Below, one piece after another: positions 52,516 to 60,882 of a DNA stretch of 64,000 bases. Location of the stretch: positions 2,440 to 66,439 of IMG/VR virus record IMGVR_UViG_3300014205_000226; one strand, given 5' to 3'. How positions within the stretch are numbered: position 1 is the stretch's first letter; every line of letters starts with the position of its first letter. This DNA is from a virus (taxonomy: Duplodnaviria > Caudoviricetes). The notes beneath the pieces were generated by a model. That model was not told the origin of the DNA. It saw nothing but the letters and a program-made list of their open reading frames with translations, and searched no databases. The position numbers and the translations under genes were made by a program.

Positions 52516-53661
52516 TTACCCGAGGATTTTCGCCCCGAATTCGCGGCGGATCACATTCGCGCCGCCGAGAATATCGAAGCTGAACGTGGTCTGCTTGTAC
52601 TGGCGTGACATTTCCAAACGGAGCGCGATACCCGATACCGGGTCCGTGACCGTCTGGAACGTGTTGCCCACGCCGTTGACATCAGCCAGCGGACGCGAAG
52701 CCCATGCGAACGCGTCGCGATGGAACGCCAGGTTGGCCACGTACGCGGTCCCGATCACGGCGAGCGTCGCGCCCGTTGCAGCGGTCGCCTTGAGAGGCGG
52801 ATAGAATGAAATCGCTTTCTGCACCGTGGCGGACACGGTAACCGCGGCCGTGATCACGTACTGCTGCAGCGAAGATCCCGAACCGAGCGAGAAGATGTCG
52901 CCGATCTTGACCGTGCCGGATGCGGTTGCGTTGATGACGTTGAGCGTGGTATCGCCCACAGCGCCTGCGACGGTGGAGGCCACGAAACCAGTGACCCAGC
53001 CAGTGCCCGGCGTGTAGGATGTGATGTTCTGGTCCATGTACCAGTCGAGACCGAGCTTGGTCCCGATGGTGCCATTGACAATGCCGCCCTGATCGCCGCG
53101 CTGGTCGGACTGCAGGATGTTGGCATTCAACAGGAACGCCGATTCGGCGTCCGGATCCAGCACACCGCGACGGTTATCCAACGGGGCGAGCTGCTTGTTC
53201 AGCAATTTGCGCGCGTCGCCGGCCGCGGTGAGCGAGCCCTGAAACGGCGTGGTACCGGCCGCACCGGCCGCACCATAGAAGCCCGTGGCCTTGCCCATGA
53301 TATACGTATCCACGGCGTTGGCCAGCGACTTGATGGCTTCCGACACCTGCATCGGCACCGTACCGACCATCACGGACGCGACGTCAGAATCGGTCAGGTA
53401 GAACGGCGCTTCCTGCCAGAAGTCCAGCGTGACCTGTGCGCTGGTCGGAGCGGATTCGACGTTCGCGGGCGTGGTGACAGACGGCGTGACCGCGCGCGCC
53501 GCAATGGCCGACGGGATCGGCACGTTGATGACATTGCCCTTCGATGCGGCTTCGGCGCTGTAGCTGGTGTTCACCAGGCGCGTCATGACCGAATTCTGAC
53601 GCAACGCCAACAGGCCCTGCGCCAGAATTTTCGGCAGTACTTCGGTAATCGTATTAGCCAC
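52516..53661 (-). CDS. major capsid protein (P22-coat/HK97 fold) with Thr/Ser-rich insertion
   Basis: MANTI; KGNVINVPIP; LAFHRDAFAWASRPL; FSFDILGG. Confidence 0.88.
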   Translation of the reverse strand: MANTITEVLPKILAQGLLALRQNSVMTRLVNTSYSAEAASKGNVINVPIPSAIAARAVTPSVTTPANVESAPTSAQVTLDFWQEAPFYLTDSDVASVMVGTVPMQVSEAIKSLANAVDTYIMGKATGFYGAAGAAGTTPFQGSLTAAGDARKLLNKQLAPLDNRRGVLDPDAESAFLLNANILQSDQRGDQGGIVNGTIGTKLGLDWYMDQNITSYTPGTGWVTGFVASTVAGAVGDTTLNVINATASGTVKIGDIFSLGSGSSLQQYVITAAVTVSATVQKAISFYPPLKATAATGATLAVIGTAYVANLAFHRDAFAWASRPLADVNGVGNTFQTVTDPVSGIALRLEMSRQYKQTTFSFDILGGANVIRREFGAKILG

Positions 53662-53702
53662 GTGTTACTCCAAGAGAATGAGAGCGTGCATTCGCACGCG
53701 CA

Positions 53703-54401
53703 TTAGCCAGTGACTTTGATCGTACCATTCGCGATTCCCGGCAGGTTCGCGAGAAACGCGTCATTGTCAAAGGCCGCAATCGTTTTGACTCCGCCCCCGC
53801 TGGGTGCAGACTTGGGAGCCCCGCTCCCGGAACTGCCGGTGCCCAAGAACGCATCAGGGAAGCGCGTCTTCAATTCGCTTTCCACAAACGCAGAAATATC
53901 CATGGGCGTTCCTTTGCCATCCGCAATACGTGCATTGCCGCGGTCGTCCACGACATACGATTCGTAGTCGTCATCTGTCTCGCGAACGCGCACGAAATCC
54001 GCGCCGTACTTAACCAGCAAATCAGTCATACCCTTCGTGCCGCCCGCATCCATGATGGCTTTGCGCATCGCTGAATCGACCAGCCGCTTTTCAATCGCCT
54101 TCGTCTGCTTCGCAATCTTCGCGTCGCGGGCCGACAGTTCCTTCTGGTGGTTGTCGGCCATCTGCTTCTGCAACGCCTGAAAATCGCCCTCTTTCGCGGC
54201 GCGCTGTCGTTCGGCTTCGGCAGCCGCTTCCTTCAATTTGTTGTATTCGGCCGGGTCTACGCCCTCGTAATTCTTGAGCGCTTCTTTCGCCCGCTTCGCC
54301 TCATTCAGCAATTCGTCTCGCTTGGTGATCAGGCCCTGCGTTTCGGCCTGCACCATTGCCTTCACTTCTTCTTCTGAATACGTCTTGATTTCGTCGGCCA
54401 C
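53703..54401 (-). CDS. capsid scaffolding protein
   Basis: Coiled-coil, directly upstream of the MCP; GSSGSGAP tail. Confidence 0.8.
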   Translation of the reverse strand: MADEIKTYSEEEVKAMVQAETQGLITKRDELLNEAKRAKEALKNYEGVDPAEYNKLKEAAAEAERQRAAKEGDFQALQKQMADNHQKELSARDAKIAKQTKAIEKRLVDSAMRKAIMDAGGTKGMTDLLVKYGADFVRVRETDDDYESYVVDDRGNARIADGKGTPMDISAFVESELKTRFPDAFLGTGSSGSGAPKSAPSGGGVKTIAAFDNDAFLANLPGIANGTIKVTG

Positions 54402-54529
54402 AAGCCAACTCCTGCCGGCACAACCGGCCCCAATAGAAAAGGCCCGGCTACGCTCGCGCGTAACAGGGCCACTGGGGCCACACAGACCAGCAAATGACCC
54501 TAGCCACCGGCTAGGATTCGAACGGGTGC

Positions 54530-54559
54530 AATCTAAAGTAGTGTACTCGTGTTTGTCAA
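54530..54559 (-). promoter_or_regulatory. sigma70-like promoter candidate for the scaffold/capsid operon
   Basis: Minus strand TTGACA-18-TAGATT, followed by hairpin CCTAGCC-GGT-GGCTAGG. Confidence 0.5.
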
Positions 54560-54597
54560 GGGGGTAGCGGCAGTTTCTTTCAAGTTTCTTGCGCGCA

Positions 54598-55761
54598 CTA
54601 CGCCGCCGCCTTGAAATCCGGCAACATCACCTTGCCGTTGGAATCAGACAGCCCCGGCAACCTCTTCAAAAAACTCACCGGCTTATCCCGCAACGCGTTC
54701 GGCAACGTGTCGCCCTTGAAGATGAACCGTTCCGGATCGCGGCGTCGCATCATTTCCATCCACACGGCACTGATGCACAGATCGAACTTAGAGAGCCACA
54801 CGCGCCCGTCAATCTCGCCCTCTACGGTCACCGCACTCGCGCCACTCGCCAACGCGTTGCCGCCGTCTGCGTGCATCTGGGTTGATTCGCGGAGCCATTT
54901 GTCGTACGCGGGCGTCCCCAGGATGGCGCCTGCCGGTCGCTTGCTGGTCACGCGCAGCGCGCAGTCCGCGCCCAGCACCGACACCTTCGACGCGCCCACG
55001 AACCCCGCCATATCCATCGCACGGGTGACTGTGTTCAACCCCGAGCCCGCACGGCAACCGGGCGGGTACAGCGTCAGATACAGCCAGTCCTCATAACTGG
55101 CCGATTGCATCACGCCGTCCTCGTCCGGCCAGCTCACCGCGGGTTTGTCGACACCCACGTAGTTGTGGAACCATCGCAGGCGGCGGTTGCGCCCCTGCAG
55201 CAACGCCGTCAGGTGCGGGTGAATCGTGGTCGCGACCAGGTATTCCACATCCGGCGCCGTCGCCCATTCCGTCAGCATGGCCGGCGTCTGGTCGACCGTG
55301 AACCCGTGCGTGACTTTGATGCCTTTCGCGAGCAGGTACGGCAGCGCCGAATTGCACGCCCACACTTGGTCCGCTTGCTCGCAGACGTGCAGGTAGTCCG
55401 ATAAGCTGGGCCCCGCGCCCGCGATCACGATATGCTGGCCGGTGGCTGAATCCGGACGCACCATGTGGTGCACGTTGGCCGATTCGCAGGCGTCGCGGAA
55501 AGATGCGACGCTCGTCATGGCGGGGGCGGTGGGTTGGTTGGTTGTTAGCGCTTCGTGTAGCGCCACCAGCCCAAAGTACGGCTCCAGCTTTTCGGCGGCG
55601 TTTGGTGCGGCCACCTGCAGCGCATCATGCATCGCCGCTTCCACCGCAAACGCATTGCCGACAATGAAGCTTTCAAAGTGAGCACGGACCGGGTTCTGCA
55701 ATTGGATTGTCGGGCCTTTCTTCCGTTTACTGCGCTGCATCTTGCGGCGGCTGTTGCTCAT
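54598..55761 (-). CDS. Maf-family (DUF115/MAF_flag10) nonulosonate glycosyltransferase-like protein
   Basis: IVIAGAGPSL, VWACNSALPYLLAKGIKVTHGFTVD, YLVATTIHP, GLNTVTRAMDMAGFVGASKVSVLGAD match the Maf core pattern. Confidence 0.8.
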   Translation of the reverse strand: MSNSRRKMQRSKRKKGPTIQLQNPVRAHFESFIVGNAFAVEAAMHDALQVAAPNAAEKLEPYFGLVALHEALTTNQPTAPAMTSVASFRDACESANVHHMVRPDSATGQHIVIAGAGPSLSDYLHVCEQADQVWACNSALPYLLAKGIKVTHGFTVDQTPAMLTEWATAPDVEYLVATTIHPHLTALLQGRNRRLRWFHNYVGVDKPAVSWPDEDGVMQSASYEDWLYLTLYPPGCRAGSGLNTVTRAMDMAGFVGASKVSVLGADCALRVTSKRPAGAILGTPAYDKWLRESTQMHADGGNALASGASAVTVEGEIDGRVWLSKFDLCISAVWMEMMRRRDPERFIFKGDTLPNALRDKPVSFLKRLPGLSDSNGKVMLPDFKAAA

Positions 55762-55970
55762 TCGCTCTTGATTGGAGTAGGCTTCACGACGTGCAATTTT
55801 GTGTACAGCGGCGGCGGCATCGGCTCATCCCGTTCCTGCATCACGGCCGCCATCTCGGTCGCGTGGATGTAGGCGGACGTGAGTTGCAGCGCGTACTCTG
55901 GCGTGATGCCGTCACTCAAGATGGCCAAGAAGTAACGACGGTGCAGGGCGGCGGATTCTTCGGGGGTCAT
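55758..55970 (-). CDS. hypothetical protein
   Basis: Coupled to the Maf gene. Confidence 0.6.
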   Translation of the reverse strand: MTPEESAALHRRYFLAILSDGITPEYALQLTSAYIHATEMAAVMQERDEPMPPPLYTKLHVVKPTPIKSE

Positions 55971-56329
55971 GCGACCTGCAACAATTCAAACGTTGCGGTA
56001 TTCGCGTACTCTCCCACGGAATGATTCATCGCGACGATACGAAAAGATTCGTATGTAATGCCGTCGGTTTCGATGGTGATACAATTCTCTCGAATAAATG
56101 CGCCACGCAACAAATCGAACTCAGGCGGTGATTCAGTGCCCGCTCCCCACTGGAACGAAAGCTCTGTGACTGGTCTTGTCAGGATCTTCCGGCTCTTGAC
56201 TGTTGCAGGCGCTTGCGGCTTTGGCACTGGCACACTATCGGCAATGTGCGCAGCGCCTGCAATGGCCGTCGCACCCACAGCCACCGCCGCACCAGCTCGC
56301 AAAAACTCGCGTCTATTCATGGCGTCCAA
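55967..56329 (-). CDS. protein with twin-arginine (Tat) signal peptide
   Basis: MNRREFLRAGAAVAVGATAIAGAA. Confidence 0.7.
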   Translation of the reverse strand: MDAMNRREFLRAGAAVAVGATAIAGAAHIADSVPVPKPQAPATVKSRKILTRPVTELSFQWGAGTESPPEFDLLRGAFIRENCITIETDGITYESFRIVAMNHSVGEYANTATFELLQVA

Positions 56330-56337
56330 TGTACCAC

Positions 56338-57261
56338 CTATTCATCCTTTTCGCTATAGATCGGCAAGCACCGGCAGTTGTATGTGGAATCGCCGGGCAA
56401 CTCTTCCCCATTGCTGAAATTCGCGTCAAACGGCACCGTCTCGCCGTTCATGGCGTCGTGTTCTTCTCTCACCTTGGAGTCACCAACAGTCCGCCACGAT
56501 TTCACCGCCAAGTGCCGCTTAATAATCCCCGCATCAATCGCCGCACCATAACTCGCGCGGTTCGCTTGCTTGTAACTTTGGAGCGTTGTTGTGCGGGCTA
56601 CCGTATTCGCATGTTGCGCGATCCGTCTGTTGGTGTAACTCTCCACAATCCTATCAATCTTCGCCTGCGTCAGCCCGCCCTTCTCGATCATCTTCACAAA
56701 GCGTTTATCAATGTCATACGAAACCGCTTTCGCCGCATCCCCACTCTCTAACGCCAACCGCAAGTTGCGCACATACGCGACTTGATTGGGCGCAATCCCA
56801 ATCACATCCCGCACCGTACGCGCCACCGCCAACGGCGAACGGCCCGCTTGCAACCCATCGGCAACCGCCACCCTCACCGTCTCGCGCACTTCCTGCTTAA
56901 ACGAGAGGATGCGCTCATCCAGCACCCCAATCGCCTGCATCACGCGCGGCGAGAGCGTGTTGAACGCAATCATCGGCCGCCCTTCCAGCATCGCGCCTTG
57001 GATCTGCTCCCTTGAAAACCGGAACGAGTCGACGGTGGTGTTATACAACCCTTCCCGGAACTCCGCGAACGCTTGGTTGAGCACGTCCTCGGTCAACAGT
57101 TCCGCGATCCGGCCGGACTGAATCAAATCCTCTAGACGCGACAGCGGCATCTGCGTCTGCAGGTACTGCACCGCCCGCAGCCAGCGCGCACGCTGGCCCG
57201 CCTCCATGCGGGCGGTTTTGATCTTGATTAAGCGTAGGAGGCGGCGTTCGGTGGGGGTCAT
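56338..57261 (-). CDS. head morphogenesis protein (Mu gpF / SPP1 gp7-like)
   Basis: RANTVARTT-like ANTVARTT, KSWRTVGDSKVREEHDAMNGETV..FSNG..YNCRC. Confidence 0.88.
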   Translation of the reverse strand: MTPTERRLLRLIKIKTARMEAGQRARWLRAVQYLQTQMPLSRLEDLIQSGRIAELLTEDVLNQAFAEFREGLYNTTVDSFRFSREQIQGAMLEGRPMIAFNTLSPRVMQAIGVLDERILSFKQEVRETVRVAVADGLQAGRSPLAVARTVRDVIGIAPNQVAYVRNLRLALESGDAAKAVSYDIDKRFVKMIEKGGLTQAKIDRIVESYTNRRIAQHANTVARTTTLQSYKQANRASYGAAIDAGIIKRHLAVKSWRTVGDSKVREEHDAMNGETVPFDANFSNGEELPGDSTYNCRCLPIYSEKDE

Positions 57262-57524
57262 AGCGTGCCGATCATATCACGGGAGCGCTCTTCCTCTCGT
57301 TCGTCTTTCACCCGCGCGATACTCGATTCTGTTTTCTCAATCACGCCCCGCACGTCACTAATCAGCACCGTGCAGCGCTGCCCCCAAAGATCCGGGGCAG
57401 TAAATGAATGGGTTTCCATGTACCACAACTCCCGAAACTGTTCCAAGTATTCCACGGGGAACGCCCAGTTGCCAGAGTCCTTGCAGACCAGTACAAAGTG
57501 TGGCTGTTCGTGCGCTAAGCTCAC
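57258..57524 (-). CDS. hypothetical protein
   Basis: Coupled ORF. Confidence 0.6.
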   Translation of the reverse strand: MSLAHEQPHFVLVCKDSGNWAFPVEYLEQFRELWYMETHSFTAPDLWGQRCTVLISDVRGVIEKTESSIARVKDEREEERSRDMIGTL

Positions 57525-58444
57525 TGTGCCGCCCTCACCACCAACGCAGACGGCCGCATGGTGCCGTTGTGGCGAAAGAAAGAAAAGGCGTAATCAGTCG
57601 GCCCGTCCAGCAGTTGGTAGAAGTCGACACGGGCCACGCCCGCTTCACGTGCTGCATCAATCGCGGCTTGCGTTTGTTGCGCTTGTGCATCATCAATGGC
57701 CGCATCACTCATCGCGCCCCATGCCGCTTCAATACCGTAGCGATCCGCGCCCACTTCGGTCAGCCAAAGCGGCATGGTTGGCGGCACCACCGCGCGCAGC
57801 GCCGCCGCCCGCAGCCGCACGCAACGGCCAACGTCCACGCCGTAGCAGTGGAAGGACCATGCGTCCAGCAGGGGTGTTGGATCGATTTGGTTGGCGGCGA
57901 ACCACTGGTAATACTGTTGCGTGAACAACGGCTGGTTGTCGTTACTCGAAAGACCCATGCCAACGAACTTGGCGGTCGGGTCAGCCGCACGCGCCCACGT
58001 CATAGCGAAGTAGACCGCATACGCGTAGTCGTGGCCCGAATAGCCAGCGTGTTCATTCCACTCATTGCCCATTTGCCATACGCGCCCAGGGAACCGCATC
58101 GCCAACGCTGGCATAACCACCCACGGCAACCCTGACGGCACGTTCGCGCTATACGGGAAGAAATCATGCACCACAATCAGCGGTTCAATACCGGCTGCGT
58201 CGAAGGCGGCGAGGCGGGCTGCGAACTGGGCGTCGTACTGTGGGGACGCCTCTTTGGTGTAATAGGTGATGCGCGTGGTGTGCACGCCCACCTGACCCAG
58301 CATCCCAATTTCATCCCCGTAGCCGTGCGTGCCGATGCCAACCGGCATACTGGCAGCGGGCGTAGTGGACAGCAACGGTGCCGTGGTTGGTGTGGCGTCC
58401 GGCGAACAGGCGGCCAACAGCGCGAGCGCAAAGAGGCGTTTCAT
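57521..58444 (-). CDS. lipoprotein glycoside hydrolase (clan GH-A TIM barrel, GH5/GH39-like)
   Basis: Lipobox MKRLFALALLAAC; WQMGNEWN (acid/base), WSFHCY, LWLTEVG (nucleophile). Confidence 0.8.
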   Translation of the reverse strand: MKRLFALALLAACSPDATPTTAPLLSTTPAASMPVGIGTHGYGDEIGMLGQVGVHTTRITYYTKEASPQYDAQFAARLAAFDAAGIEPLIVVHDFFPYSANVPSGLPWVVMPALAMRFPGRVWQMGNEWNEHAGYSGHDYAYAVYFAMTWARAADPTAKFVGMGLSSNDNQPLFTQQYYQWFAANQIDPTPLLDAWSFHCYGVDVGRCVRLRAAALRAVVPPTMPLWLTEVGADRYGIEAAWGAMSDAAIDDAQAQQTQAAIDAAREAGVARVDFYQLLDGPTDYAFSFFRHNGTMRPSALVVRAAQ

Positions 58445-58523
58445 TTTTGTATGAAAGGGTTACCAGAAATGAACCAACAATAGGCAACCAAACGTTGCCC
58501 CATTCAGCGAAGCGAAAGGGCAG

Positions 58524-58727
58524 TCAGCCCCCGTCCGCTTGCAACACTTCCTCCAACACATCCACAATCCGAAAGTCACCCGTCGCGGTCAACGCGTACT
58601 GGAACTTGCCTCTCACCGCAACGTCCTTCCCATTCAACCGCAACACCGGATCGGTCACGGTGTGCGGGTTGCCGCTGTGTGGTGGGACGTCGCCACCGCA
58701 GCAGGGGCCGCCGATGTATTGGCTCAC
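58524..58727 (-). CDS. hypothetical protein
   Basis: GTG overlaps the upstream stop. Confidence 0.5.
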   Translation of the reverse strand: MSQYIGGPCCGGDVPPHSGNPHTVTDPVLRLNGKDVAVRGKFQYALTATGDFRIVDVLEEVLQADGG

Positions 58728-58846
58728 TTTCCCACCAACCGCTTCACCCACCGCAGCGCCTTCCGCCAGTTCTTTTTGACGTAGCTGGTCGCGACATCAA
58801 CCGCCGCGTCTTTCGCGGCGTCTTTGATCGGGTCGGGTTTGGTCAT
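58724..58846 (-). CDS. short amphipathic peptide
   Basis: MTKPDPIKDAAKDAAVDVATSYVKKNWRKALRWVKRLVGK; ATGA coupling. Confidence 0.5.
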   Translation of the reverse strand: MTKPDPIKDAAKDAAVDVATSYVKKNWRKALRWVKRLVGK

Positions 58847-59319
58847 GGTTTCTCCAATGTTTGCACGAGTCGGTTCACATACCATTGCGCCTTCTTTGCG
58901 TCTTGCAATGTATCGTCTTTCTTGCCCGCGCGCCACAAGTATTTCACCACTTGCCCGCGACAGTACGCCGCGAATCCGTCAGCGCCCAATGCGCTTTCAA
59001 TCGCATCGATGCATTCCACCGCGCCCGCGGTATAATGCGGCGGGTGGTTCACGGGGTCGGGTTTGTTGACACTGGCGGCGTAGATGCACGGGTGCGGCTC
59101 CCCTCGCATGCCCGGCGTGTTGCAGAGGACGCACAGACTATTCACGGAGTCGGGCGCCGTTGCAATCGGGTTATGCTTCGGCGCATGCTTGCATGTTGAG
59201 TAATGGAACCCCGCGCCGTTGCAGCCATGGCACACGGGCACCGTCGATGTCGTGACACGCGCAACCCGACACGGCGTCGACGCGTCACAGTCGCAGATGG
59301 GGTAGGCGCAGTCGCTCAC
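58843..59319 (-). CDS. DUF3310 protein (T7 gp1.7-related nucleotide kinase-like) with Cys-rich N-terminus
   Basis: DPVNHPPHYT..ECIDAI..YCRGQVVKYLWRAGKK..DAKKAQWY. Confidence 0.85.
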   Translation of the reverse strand: MSDCAYPICDCDASTPCRVARVTTSTVPVCHGCNGAGFHYSTCKHAPKHNPIATAPDSVNSLCVLCNTPGMRGEPHPCIYAASVNKPDPVNHPPHYTAGAVECIDAIESALGADGFAAYCRGQVVKYLWRAGKKDDTLQDAKKAQWYVNRLVQTLEKP

Positions 59320-60875
59320 GCCGCCACCTTCTGCTGCGGTTGCTTGGCAGAAGCGGCCATCTCAAACTGCGCCTCCAATTGCGCCGCTGCTTTCTCTTCT
59401 TCGGCAATCATGGACGCCTCCATCTCCCTTTCAATTCCGGTCAAATCTTCCGACTCATCAATGATCCCGCCCTTCTGCATCGGCACCAATGCCAAGCGCA
59501 CGGGCAACTTCATGTCACGCACCGCACCAGACAACGCCGTCAGCATCTCCGGCGCCATGCTCATATCCGTGTACTCACGGTTGATCGTCAAAGAGCCGCC
59601 ACCGGTCTTGATGCCGCGGAAACGCGCATGGAAGCCGAGCGCACGTTCCGCGCCGTCTTGCAACCCTCGCGCCGTCACGCTCAACTTCGAATCACTCGCC
59701 CCCTTATCAATTTCCTTGCCTTTCGCGGTCTCGGCCGCACGCTTCTGCGGCGCCAACATGGCCAGACTCGCCGTGCCGATATCAGACTTCAAATCGTCCA
59801 GCGCCAGCTTGCACGCGCCCAGCGAGGCGCCGTCGTGGCTAACATAGGCTGCTTTGGCGTCCGGGCTCGTGAACTGGAAGCTCGTATCCGGCCCCAGCAC
59901 CAGCGGCCCTTCACTCTCGCCACCCCCCGACACCGTAAAGATCGGCACGCACGTCTTGTGCATGCTGTTTGCGTAGTCGCTGTACTGCTGGTAGTGCGCA
60001 ATGTTCAGGTATGCGACATCTTCCAGTGTCGGCCGTGACACGAGGCGGCCCACGCGACCGCTGGTCACCACTTCCGCGACCGGGATTTCTACCTGGTTCC
60101 GGAACACCCCGTTACTCATGATCTGCACGGTGTTCTCTTTCGTGATCATTTCCACACGCCACGTCACCACGCCGCCTTCGTTGGCCAGCACGCGGTATAC
60201 GGTCTGTTCTTTCTCGCCATAGACGCCTTCGGGCACCATGGTCGTTTCGCGGATCACCAACTGCGTCAGGATCGTTTGCCCGTTCTCGTTCGATTCGCGG
60301 AAGCTGACGATCTGCCCCTTCCGGATCGGCACCCAATACGGACGCATGCCATACGCTTGCTCTTCACCGCGCGTCGGCACCAGCCCGCCGGTATCCGCGT
60401 AATCCACCAGAATCAACGCGTGTCCGTCAATCATCGCGTCCTGCAGCAAGTCGCGGAGAAACACGTCCCCGTGCGTGCCGGCCAAGTCGATGTTCTCCCA
60501 ATCCGTCGCAATCACGCCCGGCACATCTTCGCCCAGCACCGGGTCTTTCCGCATAATGAACCCGACCAGACCTTCAATCGCGGTCCGGAACATGTTGAAA
60601 AAGACGGACCGCTTCAACCGAGCATTGTAATTGATCGGATCTTCGCCCGGTGCTTTCGGCAGGTATTGTGTGGTCTTGTCGTGCAGCGCGAACTGGCCTT
60701 CGAAGCAATCGCGGGCCAACCACATCGCGGCCTCTTGTTTCTCCACCGCGCCGCTTTTCGTGCTCGGCAGGTTCGGCTTGGTCATAGACAGCGAGCCAGC
60801 GCCGCCATTGGTGCGGAGCGGGCCGTTGCCGGGTTCGTTGCCGCCGGGATTGTACTGCAACATGGGTGCGGTCAT
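59316..60875 (-). CDS. portal protein (DUF4055-type)
   Basis: YLPK..Y.ARL.RSVFFN..IEGLVG; DIDLAG-like ENIDLAG; PTLEDVAYLNIAHYQ. Confidence 0.9.
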   Translation of the reverse strand: MTAPMLQYNPGGNEPGNGPLRTNGGAGSLSMTKPNLPSTKSGAVEKQEAAMWLARDCFEGQFALHDKTTQYLPKAPGEDPINYNARLKRSVFFNMFRTAIEGLVGFIMRKDPVLGEDVPGVIATDWENIDLAGTHGDVFLRDLLQDAMIDGHALILVDYADTGGLVPTRGEEQAYGMRPYWVPIRKGQIVSFRESNENGQTILTQLVIRETTMVPEGVYGEKEQTVYRVLANEGGVVTWRVEMITKENTVQIMSNGVFRNQVEIPVAEVVTSGRVGRLVSRPTLEDVAYLNIAHYQQYSDYANSMHKTCVPIFTVSGGGESEGPLVLGPDTSFQFTSPDAKAAYVSHDGASLGACKLALDDLKSDIGTASLAMLAPQKRAAETAKGKEIDKGASDSKLSVTARGLQDGAERALGFHARFRGIKTGGGSLTINREYTDMSMAPEMLTALSGAVRDMKLPVRLALVPMQKGGIIDESEDLTGIEREMEASMIAEEEKAAAQLEAQFEMAASAKQPQQKVAA

Positions 60876-60882
60876 TCATTCC

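Noticed and set aside
54598-55761. MptE (6-hydroxymethylpterin diphosphokinase) as the function of the DUF115 gene
   Set aside because: The domain is shared, but no folate or pterin genes are present whereas nonulosonate genes are; not formally excluded.
58524-58727. PAAR-like spike protein (VLRLNGKDVAVRGK)
   Set aside because: Only one weak motif is present, it lies in the head region, and the tail is non-contractile with no sheath gene.
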